Part shown: positions 23,105-36,220 of the stretch, in pieces
How positions within the stretch are numbered: position 1 is the stretch's first letter
Layout: every line of letters starts with the position of its first letter
Source: Squalus acanthias
Taxonomy: Eukaryota
NCBI GenBank assembly: GCA_030390025.1
Contig: CM059440.1
Span: forward strand, 52,700,001-52,764,000
Reading direction: 5' to 3'
Length of the DNA: 64,000 nucleotides
Notes under the pieces: model-generated
Databases searched by the model: none
What the model saw: the letters and a program-made list of their open reading frames with translations, nothing else
Told to the model about the DNA's origin: nothing
Position numbers and translations under genes: made by a program

Positions 23105-23925
23105 CTAAAAGAAAATACTGCAGATGCTGGAAATCTGAAATAAAAACAGAAAATGCTGGAGATACTCAGCAGGTCAGGCAGCATCTGTGAAGAGAGAAAC
23201 AGAGTTAACGTTTCAGGTCGATGACCTTTTGTCAGAACTGGAAAAAAGCAGGAAATGGAACAGATTTTTAAGCAAGTGTAGAGGCTGGGAAAGGGGGGAG
23301 GGGATGAAAGAACAAAAGGGAAGGTCTGTGATAGGATAGAAGGCAGGAGAAGTTAAGAGACATTAAGAGATATTCAAGGCAAAAGGAGGTGGTAATGGGA
23401 CAGGTTAAGAAATGTAGGATGGCTCTAGATGAAGTGTAAATTGTGCTGGCAGAATGAAAGACAGCTGCCATGTGGGAGAGAAGAAAAAAAAGTGGATTTA
23501 AAAAATATATAAATAAATAATGGGGGCTGAGGTTATGATCTGAAATTGTTGAACTCTATGTTGAGTCCAGAAGGCTGTAAAGTGCCTAATCGAAAGATGA
23601 GGTGCTGTTCCTCGAGCTTACGCTGAGCTTCAGTGGAACAATGCAAGAGGCCGAGGACGGTGAGGTCTGAGTGGGAGTGGAGCGGTGAATTAAAGTGACA
23701 GACGACCGGCAGCTCGGGGTCCCCCTTACGGACTGAACGGTGGTGTTCCGCAAAGCGGTCACTCAATCTACGTTTGGTCTCCCCAATGCAGAGGCGACCA
23801 CATCGTGAACAGCGACTACAGTATACTAAATTGCAAGAAGTACAAGTAAATCGCTGTTTCACCTGGAAGGGGTGTTTGGGGCCCTGGAAAGGGGGGGAGG
23901 TATAAGGGCATATGTTGCATCTAGA
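23105..23925 (-). mobile_element. Penelope 3' fragment (GIY-YIG end + pLTR), same family as 11381-14050
   Basis: Minus ORF 23533-23985 nearly identical to the C-terminus of the 697-aa ORF; hammerhead at 23203-23239 with core CTGACAA. Confidence 0.88.
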
Positions 23926-24073
23926 TTCTGTTTGTACTTGGATTTGTTGTTTTTGAGCATTTAATGCTTTTATTGCATTATTCAATTAGTTATTAACTGG
24001 AACAAAATTCCTAGTTGGCATTATTTTTATCAAGTTTATTTCTTGTTTCTAATGACCCTTTTTTAATCTACAG

Positions 24074-24358
24074 CATACTACAAGGAACCTGACTTTTTTA
24101 TCCAGTTAACACCATCTGGGACAGTGTTCAGATTCGAGTCCCAAGGTTACCCTGAGGCTACTGTTTCCTGGTACAATGAAGAAAATAAAGATATTTCTAC
24201 ACTGTCTGAGACTACGTACCAACAAAGTGGAGATGGTCTATACTCCCTGCAGAGTATTCTGCAAATCAATGACACCAATAGGAGTTCTAACTACACATTC
24301 AGATTAAGAAATGATGTTCTACACCAATCAGTTTCTCGAACATTTGGTCTTTCTGTAG
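24074..24358 (+). CDS. B7-family gene: IgC-like exon lacking both canonical cysteines
   Basis: CAG|CA acceptor; AYYKEPDFFIQLTPSGTVFRFESQGYPEATVSW...DGLYSLQSILQINDTNRSSNYTFRLRNDVLHQSVSRTFGLSV; G|GTAAGT donor; 285 nt, phase 1-1. Confidence 0.85.
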
Positions 24359-24779
24359 GTAAGTTGTGTCCTACACTCAGTACTCATAACCTCCAGTTGT
24401 CTTGCGATACAATGCTGAATCACGACATCTTGATCTCCATGCCATTTGAAGTAAAGGAAATTTTCTTTCTGTTCCAGTCTCTTTCTGGTTCCACAAGTAT
24501 AAACCGCTGCACCTTTTTAACTTTCATGGCCCTACACTTCTTGACTTATCAATGTTCTTGGCCTCACTATCTCCCAAGACCACAAATGGAGCTGCTGCAT
24601 TGCTCGGCTGCTCAAAAGCTGTTTCCTCGTTTGTGCCAAACACTTCTTACCAAATACCTTTAACTCTCTATAGCTCGAGTCCTTTTGTGACTTGGATACT
24701 GCTCCCATATTTGGGAAGACTCTCCTTAATGTCTCCCTTGCTCCTTGGAGAGGATATAAGAAGCTCTCTCTATGCTGTA

Positions 24780-25200
24780 TTGTACCCTCCACGCTATGTA
24801 AACTTCAGCTCATCCAAAACCCTGCTGCCCTTCTCCTATCCTGCACTACAATCTGCTAACCCTCTCCCTGTGCTTGCTGGCCTACATTAGCACCTGGTTA
24901 CCAACACCTCAAATTTAAAATTCTTATCCTTGTGGTTAAGTCCCTTCATGGCCTCGTCCCTCCTAATCTCTACCCTTCTCTAGCCCTACAACCCTCTGAG
25001 ACCTCTGCATTGCTCCAACTCTGGCATCTTGTGAATTCCCTACTGCCATCGCCCTGCCACTGGCAGCCATCTATAGCTTGCGCTCCAGAATTCCCTCCCT
25101 AAACTTTTTTTTTATTTCCCCCCCCCCACCCCTCAAAACATTCCTTAAAATCCACCTCTTTGACCAAGCTTTAGTCACCCCTTCTAATATCTCTTTGGTG
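24780..25200 (+). mobile_element. L2 LINE 3' fragment
   Basis: Similar to other L2 copies (TTTAAAATTCTTATCC...CATGGCCTCG...CCTCTTTGACCAAGCT). Confidence 0.65.
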
Positions 25201-25217
25201 TCAGCCATGCATCAGTA

Positions 25218-25620
25218 GTAGAAGGTTGTGGGTTAAAGCCTAACTCCAGAGACTTGAGCACAAAAATCTGGGCTGACACTCCAACACAGTACTGAGGGAG
25301 TGCTGCTCTGTCGGAGGTGCCATCTTTCAGATGAGACGTTAAACCGAGGCACTGTCTGCTCTCTCAGGTGGATGTAAAGATCCCATGGCACTATTACGAA
25401 GAGCAGGGGAGTTCTCCCCGGTGTCCTGATCATTATTATCCTTCAACCAACGTCACCAAAAAAAACCCACATTATCTGGTCATTATCTAATTACGGTTTG
25501 TGGAGCTTGCTGTGTGCAAATTGGCTGCTGCGTTTCCTGCATCACAACAGTGACCACTTAAAGTACTTCATTGGCTGTAAAGCGCTTTGGGGTTGTGAAA
25601 GGCGCTGTATAAATGTGTTT
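25218..25620 (+). mobile_element. Deu-domain SINE inserted in an L2 tail
   Basis: SINE body as at 1488-1940; the L2 tail resumes at ~25625-25690. Confidence 0.75.
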
Positions 25621-25871
25621 TTTTTGGTTGATTACGCTACTGTGAAGCACCTTGGGATGTTTTTCTACATTAAAGGTGCTATATCAATGCACTTTGTTTC
25701 TGGTTTAGGCTACTATGGTGTTATCCAATGTTTAAAAATACTTTCACCATACAATTACATTCTTAAATGCGGTTGTGCTTTTATGGTGCTTGTATTTTAA
25801 ACTGTTGGCATAGAAGAACAAACCAGCACTGCAACCACTGCTGTAATGATCAATAATTTTTTTTTTCACAG

Positions 25872-26029
25872 AAATGAAAACTGATCACGTTCTTACAAGA
25901 AATCACTGGATACTTGCAGCCACTCTCCTTTTTGTTGAATTTATAATTGTAATTCTAGTCATAGCTGTGTGCAAGAAACGTGTTTCACTGGCAAATGGAG
26001 AGAAACCAAATGAATACGGCATTACGTGA
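25872..26029 (+). CDS. B7-family gene: TM/cytoplasmic terminal exon
   Basis: Polypyrimidine-CACAG acceptor; EMKTDHVLTRNH-WILAATLLFVEFIIVILVIAVC-KKRVSLANGEKPNEYGIT*; stop at 26027-26029 in the frame continuing from IgC. Confidence 0.8.
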
Positions 26030-26322
26030 TGGATCATTCAAGAAAATGCATGTGATTGGACGCTGCCCCTTCAGCCATGAAAACCGATATTTACTGTCGC
26101 AACATCGTGGGTTAATGCTATTCGCAGCCTTGTGCAAATGTGGACACGTCTCCTTAACCCTCACTACTAAATATCAACACACCGAATAAGAAGTGCCATC
26201 TGATTGGTCCCTTTTCTCATTTGTAACTTCCAAACTTATTTATTTAATACAATAGTGTTTTTTGTCCATCTTCTGCTGGATCAGGAGTGGTCATCTTTTG
26301 CTGGATCAGGACAGCTTAATGC

Positions 26323-26328
26323 AATAAA
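26323..26328 (+). terminator. Poly(A) signal of the B7-family gene
   Basis: AATAAA ~295 nt after the stop, followed by T-rich sequence; TTATTTATTTAAT AU-rich motif at ~26236-26248. Confidence 0.55.
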
Positions 26329-26639
26329 GCTTTTTAAAAAAATTCATTCTTCTTTTCTCTTCTCATTGCCTCCAAGAATTGCTTTAGTTATTTTAGCACC
26401 CTGTACTCTCGTTTTTTCTTCAGGCCTTCTCCCACTCTGCTGCCATAACTTGGGAAACCCTGTTTTCCCTAATGTAAACTAAGCTGCTGCTGAAGTTAAG
26501 GTGGCAATGTGGGGATAAACCTCAAAGAATTTCCTGGCAATTGTCTGAGCTCAGACAATGACTGAAGGTGTTTTGAGGATCAGGGGTAAGGCTGACCCCT
26601 ACCACCACCACCACCCCCCTACAGTAAGGGAACCAAAGC

Positions 26640-28570
26640 AAGGGCTCCTTGGATGACAAGGGAGATAGAGAAGATGAAACAAAAAAAAGAGGGTGTGTGA
26701 TGAATGTCTGGTGAATTCTTCAAGGGAGAATAAGCTGAGAGGGGAAGTGAAGATGAAATTAAGATTGGCAATGAGAGTAGAATGGCAGTTAACATAAAAG
26801 GGAACCCAAAAATCTTCTACTGGCATGTAAACAGTAAGCAGGTAGTAAAAGGTGGGGTGGGGCCTATTGGGGACAAAAGGTGATATATGCTTAGAGGCAC
26901 AGGGCAAGGCTAGAATACAATGAGTACTTTGTATCTGTTTACTAAGAAGGTGGATGCTAACAAAATATCGGTAGTAGTGGAAAAGGTAGAAGCAATGGAA
27001 GGGGTGAAAATTGATACAGGATGTACTAGAAAGGCTGGGTATGCTTAGAGTTGATAAGTCGCCTGGTCCAGATGGCTTGCATCCCAAGTTACTAAGGGAA
27101 TTGGGGGAGGAGATAGCAGGGCTTGCCATAATTTTCCAATCTTCCCTAGATGCGGGGGAGGTGCCTGAGGATTGGAAAATGGCAAATGTGACACCATTGT
27201 TCGAGAAAGGGTGTAAGGACAATCCTAGTAAGTACAGGCTGGTCAGTTAACATCCGTGGTGGGTAAAGTTTTAGAAACAATCAAGGAAAAAATTAACGGG
27301 TACTTGGAGAGGTTTAAGCTAATTAAGGAGAGCCAACACGGAATTTTAAAAGGCAGATCGTGTTTGACTAATTGAATTTTTTGATGAAGTAACGGAGGAT
27401 TGATGAAAGGAATGCAATGGATGTTGTCTACATGGATTTTAGGAAGCTGTTTGACAAAGTACCACATAGCAGGCTGGTTAACAAAATTGAGACTCATGGA
27501 ATAGGTGGATAGTGGCAGCTTGCATAAGGAATTGGCTTAAGGACAGAAAACAGTGAGTTGTGGTAAATGGCTGTTTTTCAGACTGGAGGATGGTAGACAG
27601 TGGTGTTCCCCAAGGGTCAGGGCTGGGCCCACTGCTATTTTTGATATAAAATGACCTGGATAATGGAATATTGAGTAGAATTTCTAAATTTGCCAATGAT
27701 GCCAAACTTGGGGGGGTGGCAAACAGTGAGGACAATACCAATCGACTGCGATAGAACATCGAAAGGCTAGCAGAATGGGCGGACAAGTGACAGATGGAAT
27801 TTAATACAGAGACGTGTGAGGTGATGCACTTTGGCAGAAGGAACAGGGAAAGACAATATACACTTAATGGCACAGTTTTAAAGAGTGTGCAGGGACAGAG
27901 GGACTTGGGAATTAATGTGCACAGGTCCCTGAAGGTGGCAGGACATAGTGAGCGAGAGGTTAGCAAAGCATATGGGAGCTTGGACTTCATAAATAGAGGT
28001 AGTGAGTGCAAAAGTAGAGAAGTTATGCTGAACCTTTATAAAGTGCTGGTTAGGCCACAACTAGAGTATTGCGTCCAGTTCTGGTCACCACACTTTAGGA
28101 AGGATGTGAAGGCCCTTGAGAGGGTGCAGAGGAGATTTACCAGAATGGTTCCGGGGATGGGAGATCTTTGTTACAAGGACAGGTTGGAGAAGCTAGATTT
28201 GTTTTCATTAGAGCAAAGAAGGTTGAGGGGTGATTTGATAGAGGTGTACAAGATTATGATGGGTTTGGATAGGCTAGACAGGGAAAGGCTGTTCCCACTA
28301 GTTGATGGTACAAGGACTAGGGGACACAGATTCAAGGATTTGGGCAAGAGATACAGGGGAGACGTGAGGAAAATCTTTTTTACGCAGCGAGTGGTGATGA
28401 CCTGGAACTCGCTGCCGACGGAAGTGGTGGAAGCGGAGACACTCTGTTTTCAAGGGGAGACTGGATAGGCACTTGAGGGAAATCAACTTGCATGGGACTG
28501 ACTGGATTGCTCTACAGAGAGCCGGCACGGAGTCGATGGGCCAAATGGCCTCTTGTGCCATTATGACTGT
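26640..28570 (+). mobile_element. CR1 LINE fragment, degenerate
   Basis: DKSPGPDGLHP, LVRPQLEYCVQFWSP, FFTQRVV motifs. Confidence 0.88.
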
Positions 28571-28904
28571 ATGACCTCCAAAAGAACCTATTGCTACTCC
28601 CAGACCTTGTGGGTGGGCTAGGAATGGCACTAGTGCAGAGTACTGTTTTAAAAAGATTGCATTGTAACACTACACAGAATTGACTTTAAATTAAGAACCT
28701 TATAAGTTTAAGGGTGAAATGGCACTCTGATGCACCTATAAGATGCAAACCTGCCAGCACTACTAACCCTACCCAGACTAAAGTGGTTACTCCATACCGG
28801 TTCCCCAGAACCACTACTGGAACCAACAAAAAGTTCAACCTAAAGTCAAGCTTGTCTCGTCCTCTTCAATACAAGCAACACAAAGGGTGCACTTATTTGG
28901 AACT

Positions 28905-29105
28905 TTGTGAATCTTTGGAATTCTCTACCCCAGAGGGCTGTGGATGCTCAGTCGTTGAATAGATTTCTGAACACTAAAAGAACCAAGGGATATGGGGATC
29001 GGGTGGGAAAGTGGAGTTGAGGTAGAAGATCGGCCATGATATTGAATAGCAGAGCAGGCTCAAAGGGCTGTGTGTCCGACTCCTGCTCCTATTTCTTATG
29101 TTCTT
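28905..29105 (+). mobile_element. CR1 3' tail
   Basis: GTGAATCTTTGGAATTCTCTACCCCAGAGGGCTGTGG...CTCCTATTTCTTATGTTCT. Confidence 0.7.
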
Positions 29106-30338
29106 AAGCTGACGACTTGGGAGGAGACACGAGAACAATGTGGCTCAAAATAAATCACGATATGAGCGCCTATTCTCACAAAAAGGATCCTAAGCAATTG
29201 AAGTTACAGACCAGGGAGAGCCGATGGGAGAAGTTTATGAAAGAACGGAAGGAGAGAAAGAACCACGTGATGGGAGCAAGGGGGAGACTGGTCATGGTGT
29301 GAAAGAAACCAATGCCCTGCACTGCCCACTCTACTACTTTCCTGTCATGGTTCCACTTTCTTGTGTGTTGTGGTTGAATATTCCCATTTTTTTTTTTAAA
29401 CTCTAGCTTTTCCCTCTGTTTATGGCACTGTCCACTCCAAGCTTTGGTTCATGGAATTTCAACCTTGAAACTGAATACATTTTGCAGTTAAATCTGTCTC
29501 CTGAAGCAGCACAGACTGAGGCCAACATACAATCATATCCTCACGCAGTGATGAATATAATTCTTCAAATCCTCTCGGTGGGAGGAGACTCGCATGGAGC
29601 ATAAAAGCCGGCATAGACCAGTTGAGCCGAATGGCCTGTTTCTGTGCTGTAGACTCGATGTAACTCCATGAATCCCAATTTCTAACAATACATGGTGTAG
29701 AACTCACAGCAGCTAATCATGGAAAAGAAATACACTGGGATCCTCAGTGGCAACATTTTCGGTCACAATGTATTAATTTATAACTGTGCTGCATCACTAA
29801 GTATGATGCTTAATTCATTTTGAATACATTCACTTTTCTTTAACAGAGCTCCAAGGATATTCATACAGCTGATTCACATGAATCGCTCTCACTGCCTTCT
29901 CATAAAAATCTCAGATCAATTCCAAGAAATGAATCAGAGATTCTGGAATTGATCTGTGAGGCCGGTGTCAGGAGCAGCAGGAGAGCGGCACTACAGTGAG
30001 TATTTAAACTCACTTTCGCAGGCTTTTTTCCTCAGAGGCTTACCAATCTCACAGACCGGCGGAGGCGTTCCAGAGCCACGCCACGATTCAAAAAGTGACA
30101 CGGGCAAGAGGAAGCAGCTGATTGGGTGAGTACTTATACTACTCTATAGTTTGACAGTTAAGGTTAATAGTTTATAAAGTTTAGAAGGTCTTAATTTTTG
30201 TGGTTATAGTTTCTAAGGTCTCCGTTGTGTAGCGGGGAGTGCTAGTAAACAAGGACCCTTGAGTATATCATTTAATTGTAGTGTAATTAGTGGTATTGAT
30301 TTGATTTAATTTAATCTGGATTAATTAAAGGGTAAGTC

Positions 30339-31290
30339 ATGGCAGCACAGCTCGGCCCCATGGCATGCTCCTCCTGCACTATGTGGGAAATCAGGGACAC
30401 TTCCTGTGTCCCTGGCGACCATGTGTGCAGGAAGTGTATCCAGCTGCAGCTACTGGCAGACCGCATTGCGGCGCTGGAGCTGCGAATGGATACATACTGG
30501 AGCATTCGCGATGCTGAGGATGTCGTGGGTAGCATGTTTAATTAATTGGTCACACCGCAGGTAAAGGCTGTACAGGCAGGAAAGGAATAGGTGACCGCCA
30601 GGCAGAGTTGTAGGTGCAGGCAGGTAGTGCAGGGGTCTCCTGTGGCCATCCCCCTCTCAAACAAATATACCGCTTTGGATATTGTTGGGAGAGATGGCTT
30701 ATCAGGGGAAGGCAGCAGCAGCCAACTTCCTGGCACCATGGGTGGTTCTGCTGCACAGGACGGGAGGAAAAAGAGCAGGAGAGCTATAGTGATAGGGGAT
30801 TCTATTGTAAGGGGAATAGATAGGCGTTTCTGCGGCCGCAAACGAGATTCCAGGATGGTATGTTGCCTCCCTGGTGCAAGGGTCAAGGATGTCTCAGGGT
30901 GGCTGCAGGGCATTCTGGAGGGGGAGGGTGGACAGCCAGTTGTCGTGGTGCATATTGGTACCAACGATATAGGTAAAAAATGGGAGGAGGTCCTAAAAGC
31001 TGAATATAGGGAGTTAGGAGGTAAATTAAAAAAATAGGACCTCAAAGGTAGTAATCTCAGGATTACTACCAGTGCCACATACTAGTCAGAGTAGAAATAG
31101 AAGGATATTTCAGATGAATACATGGCTAGAGGAATGGTGCAAGGGGGAGGGATTCAAATTCCTGGGACATTGGAACCGGTTCTGGGGGAGGTGGGACCAG
31201 TACCAACTGGACGGTTTGCACCTGGGCAGGACCGGGACCGATGTCCTAGGGGGAGTGTTTGCTAGTGCTGTTGGGGAGGGTTTAAACGAA
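30339..31290 (+). pseudogene. CR1 ORF1 (zinc finger + SGNH esterase), two stops and a frameshift
   Basis: MAAQLGPMACSSCTMW..CRKC; IVIGDSIVRG; HIGTND; DGLHL. Confidence 0.85.
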
Positions 31291-31412
31291 AATGGCAGGG
31301 GGTTGGGAACCTGTGCAGGGAGACAGAGGAAAGGGAAGCAAGGATAGAAACAAAAGACAGGAAGGAGAAAAGCAAAAGTGGAAGGCAGAGAAATCAAGGG
31401 TGTAAATCAATC

Positions 31413-34274
31413 ATGGCCACAGTAAATAACAATTCTAAAAGGACTAAGAGTGTTAAAAAAACAAGCCTGAAGGTTTTGTGTCTTAATGCGAGGAGCATTC
31501 GTAATAAGGTGGATGAATTAGCTGCGCAAATAGATGTAAACGGATATGATATAATTGGGATTACGGAGACATGGCTCCAGGGTGACCAAGGCTGGGAATT
31601 CAACATCCAGGGGCATTCAATATTCAGGAAGGACAGGCAAAAAGGAAAAGGAGGTGGGGTAGCATTGCTGGTTAAAGAGGAGATTAACACAATAGTAAGG
31701 AAAGATATTAGCTCTGATGATGTGGAATCTGTATGGGTAGAGCTGAGAAATACCATGGGGCAGAAAATGTTAGTGGGAGTTGTATACAGACCCCCAAACA
31801 GTAATGCTGAGGTTGGGGATGGCATTAAATGGGAAATTAGCGATGCGTGCAATAAGGGCACAGCAGTTATCATGGGTGACTTTAATCTACATATAGATTG
31901 GGCTAACCAAATTAGTAACAATACTGTGGAGGAGGAATTCCTAGAGTGTATACGTGATGGTTTCCTGGACCAATATGTCGAGGAACCAACTAGAGATCAG
32001 GCCATCTTAGACTGGGTATTATGTAATGAGAAAGGATTAATTAGCAATCTTGTTGTGCGAGGCCCCTTCGGGAGGAGCGATCATAATATGATAGAATTCT
32101 TCATTAAGATGGAGAGTGAAGTAGTTGACTCAGAGACTAGGGTCCTGAATTTAAATAAAGGAAACTACGATGGTATGAGGCACAAGTTGGCTAGGATGGA
32201 TTGGGGAACATTACTTAAAGGGTTGATAGTGGATAGGCAATGACAAACATTTAAAGATCGCATGGGTGAACTACAGAATTTGTTCATCCCTGTTTGGCAT
32301 AAAAATAAAACAAAAAAGGTGACTCAACTGTGGCTAACAAGGGAAATTAGAGCTAGCATAAGATCCAAGGGGAGGACATATAAATTGGCCAGAAAAAGCA
32401 GCAAACCTGAGGATTGGGAGCAGTTTAGGATTCAGCAAAGGAGGACAAAGGGATTAATTAAGAGGGGGAAAATAGAGTATGTGAGTAAGCTTGCAGGGAA
32501 CATAAAAACTGACTGTAAAAGCTTCTATAGATATGTGAAGAGAAAAAGATTGGTGAAGTCAAGCGTAGGTCCCTTGCAGTCAGAATCAGGGGAATTTATA
32601 ATGGGGAACAAAGAAATGGCAGACCAATTAAATACATACTTTGGTTCTGTCTTCACAAAGGAGGATACAAATAACCTCCCAGAGATGTCGGGGAACATAG
32701 GGTCTAATGAGAGGGAGGAACTGAATGAAATCAGTATTTGTAGGGAAATGGTGTTAGGGAAATTGATGAGATTGAAGGCTGATAAATCCCCAGGGCCTGA
32801 TAATCTACATCCTAGGGTACTTAATTACGTGGCCCTAGAAATAGTAGATGCATTGCTGGTCATCTTCCAAAATTCTATAGACTCGGGAACAGTTCCCATG
32901 GATTGGAGGGTAGCTAATGTAACCCCACTATTTAAAAAAGGTGGTAGAGAGAAAACGGGGAATTATAGACTGGTAAGCCTGACATCGGTAGTGGGGAAAA
33001 TGCTAGAGTCCATTATAAAAGATGTAATAGCAGAGCACTTGGAAAACAGTGACAGGATCGGACAAAGTCAACATGGATTTACAAAAGGTAAATCATGCTT
33101 GACTAATCTACTGGAATTTTTTGAGGATGTAACTGGTAGAATAGATAAGGGAGAACCAGTGGATGTGGTGTATTTGGACTTTCAGAAGGCTTTCGATAAG
33201 GTCCCGCATAAGAGATTAGCGTGCAAAGTTAAAGCACATGGGATTGGGAGTAAGGTACTGACTTGGATAGAGAACTGGTTGGCAGACAGGAAGCAAAGAG
33301 TTGGAATAAACGGGTCTTTTTCCGAGTGGCAGGCAGTGACTAGTGGGGTACCGCAGGGATCAGTGCTAGGACCCCAGCTAGTCACAATATATATTAATGA
33401 TCTAGACGAGGGAACTAGATGTAATATCTCCAAGTTTGCAGACGACACAAAGCTGGGTGGGCGTGTGTGCTGTGAGGAGGATGCAGAGAAACTCCAGTAT
33501 GATTTGGACAAGTTGGGTGATTGGGCTGATGCATGGCAGATGCAATATAATGTGGATAAATGCGAGGTTATCCACTTTGGTGGCAAAAACAGGAAGACAG
33601 ATTATTCTCTGAACGGCAATAGATTGGGAAAAGGGGAAGTGCAACGAGACCTGGGTGTCCTTGTGCACCAGTCGCTGAAGGTAAGCATGCAGGTGCAGCA
33701 GGCGGTTAAGAAGGCAAATGGTATGTTGGCCTTCATAGCGAGAGGATTCGAGTACAGGAGCAAGGATGTCTTGCTGCAGTTTTACAGGGCCTTGGTGAGA
33801 CCACACCTTGAGTATTGTGTGCAGTTTTGGTCACCTTATCTGAGGAAGGGTGTTCTTGCCATGGAGGGAGTGCAGCGAAGATTCACCAGACTGATACCTG
33901 GGATGGCAGGAATGACGTATGAAGAGAGATTGGGTCGATTAGGCTTATATTCGCTAGAGTTTAGAAGAATGAGAGGGGATCTCATTGAAACTTATAAAAT
34001 TCTAACAGGACTAGACAGACTAGATGCAGGAAGGATGTTCCCGATGGCGGGGGAGTCCAGAACTAGGGGTCACAGTCTAAGGATAAGGGGTAAGCCATTT
34101 AGGACTGATATGAGGAGGAATTTCTTCACCCAGAGAGTGGTGAACCTGTGGAATTCTCTACCACAGAAGGCAGTTGAGGCCAATTCATTAAATATATTCA
34201 AGAAGGGGTTAGATATATTTCTTAAGGCTAAAGGGATCAAGGGATATGGGGAGAAAGCAGGGACAGGGTACTGA
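31413..34274 (+). pseudogene. CR1 ORF2 (APE endonuclease + RT), single premature TGA at 32241-32243
   Basis: In-frame 276-aa and 670-aa ORFs; SDH, YLDFQKAFDKVPH and FADDTK motifs. Confidence 0.92.
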
Positions 34275-34885
34275 ATTTGGATGATCAGCCATGATCTCAT
34301 TAAATGGCGGAACAGGCTCGAGGGGCCGAATGGCCTACTCCTGCTCCTATCTTCTGTGTTTTTATAAGAGGGCAACGAGAGCGATTGGAAAGATTGACGT
34401 CCAAAGTCCTGGGTTCTGCTGAAACTTGGCACAATTACATTTCAATACTTAATTTCATAAATCACATCACAGTACTAGGGACCTATAGGCCTTGCCTATT
34501 TTGAAATAAACTAATAAAGGTAACACTGGGTTGCCCCAGCCTCACCATCCAAAAGACGGTTCCACAAATGCCCCCTCTTACAGAGGCACCACTAATATAA
34601 TTTTTATTTAAAGTCTAATTAACTAAATAAACCTATCATTCAAAATCAAAATATTGTTTGTGTCAATTTGACACTCTACACCCTGCGGTGCCCATCAGTC
34701 GCAGAAGGCCTTACAGTTCCGGCAGGCACCGCGTGTTCCCTCTCCAGGGTCACCCGGGCACGGACAAGACCGTGGAAGAGAGGCATGCAGGGCCATGCTC
34801 ATCCTGGACCTGTGAGTTTTAGCCAGGCCCAGGAGCAGATCGCTACAGGCCTTGCTGTTTTAGGGCTCAAGCAGTGTGTTGCTGA

Positions 34886-35365
34886 CTAGATTGATTCCTG
34901 GGATGAGAGGGTTGTCCTATGAGGTGACATTGAGTAGATTGGGCCTATATTCTCTGGAGTTTTGAAGAATGAGAGGCGATCTCATTGAAATGTATAAAGC
35001 TCTTAGAGGGCTTGACAGGGTAAATGCTGAGAGGCTGTTTCCCCTGGCTGGAGAGTCTAGAACCAGGGGGCACAGTCTCAGTAATAGGGGTCGGCTATTT
35101 AAGACTGAAACAAAGAGAAATTTCTTCACTCAGAGGGTGGTGAATCTTTGGAATTCTCTACCCCAGAGGGCTGTGGATGCTTAGTCGATGAGTATATTCA
35201 AGACAGAGATCGAGAGATTATTGGATGCTAGGGGAATCAAGGGATATGGAGATCAGGTGGGAAAGTGGAGTTGAGGTAGAAGTTCAGTCATGACCTTATT
35301 GAATGACGGAGCAGGCACGAGGGGCTGCCTGGTTGACTTATGCTCCTAATTCTTTTGTTTTTATG
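34886..35365 (+). mobile_element. CR1 3' fragment
   Basis: MRGDLIEMYKALRGLDRV...FFTQRVVNLWNSLP. Confidence 0.85.
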
Positions 35366-36220
35366 ACTCATGATTACTCAGCAGCTGAGAAGATAAACAG
35401 ATGTGAACAATTCAATGACTCGTATTCTAAAAAATGTTGAAACTAGTTTCAATCATCATTTTTAAAATAGTATTACCTTAACAAGCAAGTTAAAATTGTT
35501 TTAAAATATCAGGAGAATGCAGATTCACCTGTAATTAAGTTTGAAGAACATGGTGTGAATTTTCCTTTGTAATCATAGATAATATTTTATCAGTTACTGT
35601 ATTGGTTTCTGTTATGTGAATAATAGCACTGCATCATGAGTTGTATTTCAATCAGCTGCTGTGTGACTTAGCTGTGGCAATTTGACAAGAAATTTTTGCA
35701 ATATTCTTACTCATGGTGTGAGTGCAGTTTTAAAGTCACACTGTGGAGCTGAGAGAGAAAAGTCCAGAGACTGTTACTGGTTTTGTTATTAGATAAATTG
35801 TACATTCCTAAAAGATTCGGAGAAATACCCACAATATTACTGTTTTTGATCTGTGAACTAAACTGGGAATGCTCTTGCTCATAATAGGCCAGTGAATGAG
35901 AAAGGTGCAGCAATTAAATCCTCCAACTCAATTGTTAAGTTCAATTAGGAGTTATTCGTAATAACCAAAATAGCACTGGGTAGGCAAAGCTAATTACTCA
36001 TTGAAACATAGGAACAGATGGAGGCCATTCAGCCCCTCGAGCCTGTTCCGACATTCAATGAGATCGTGGGTAATCTGTGACCTAACTCCATATACCCGCC
36101 TTTGGCCCATATTCCTTAATACCTTTGGTTAACAAAAATCTATCAATCTCAGTTTTAAAATTAACAATTGACCTAGCATCAATTGTTATCTGCGGAAGAG
36201 AGTTCCAAACTTCTACCACC

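Larger units (their letters stand above)
29957..34362 (+). mobile_element. Near full-length CR1 LINE (5'UTR, ORF1, ORF2, tail)
   Basis: ORF1 with CxxC..CxxC zinc finger, leucine-zipper-like segment and SGNH esterase (GDS, GTND, DGLH); ORF2 APE+RT; few disabling mutations. Confidence 0.95.

Noticed and set aside
24124-24663. 179-aa ORF as a secreted Ig protein
   Set aside because: A strong donor at 24359 ends the Ig exon; the downstream translation has no recognisable features.
21742-26029. Assigning the symbol CD276, VTCN1 or HHLA2
   Set aside because: Family membership is clear but orthology cannot be determined without phylogeny or synteny.
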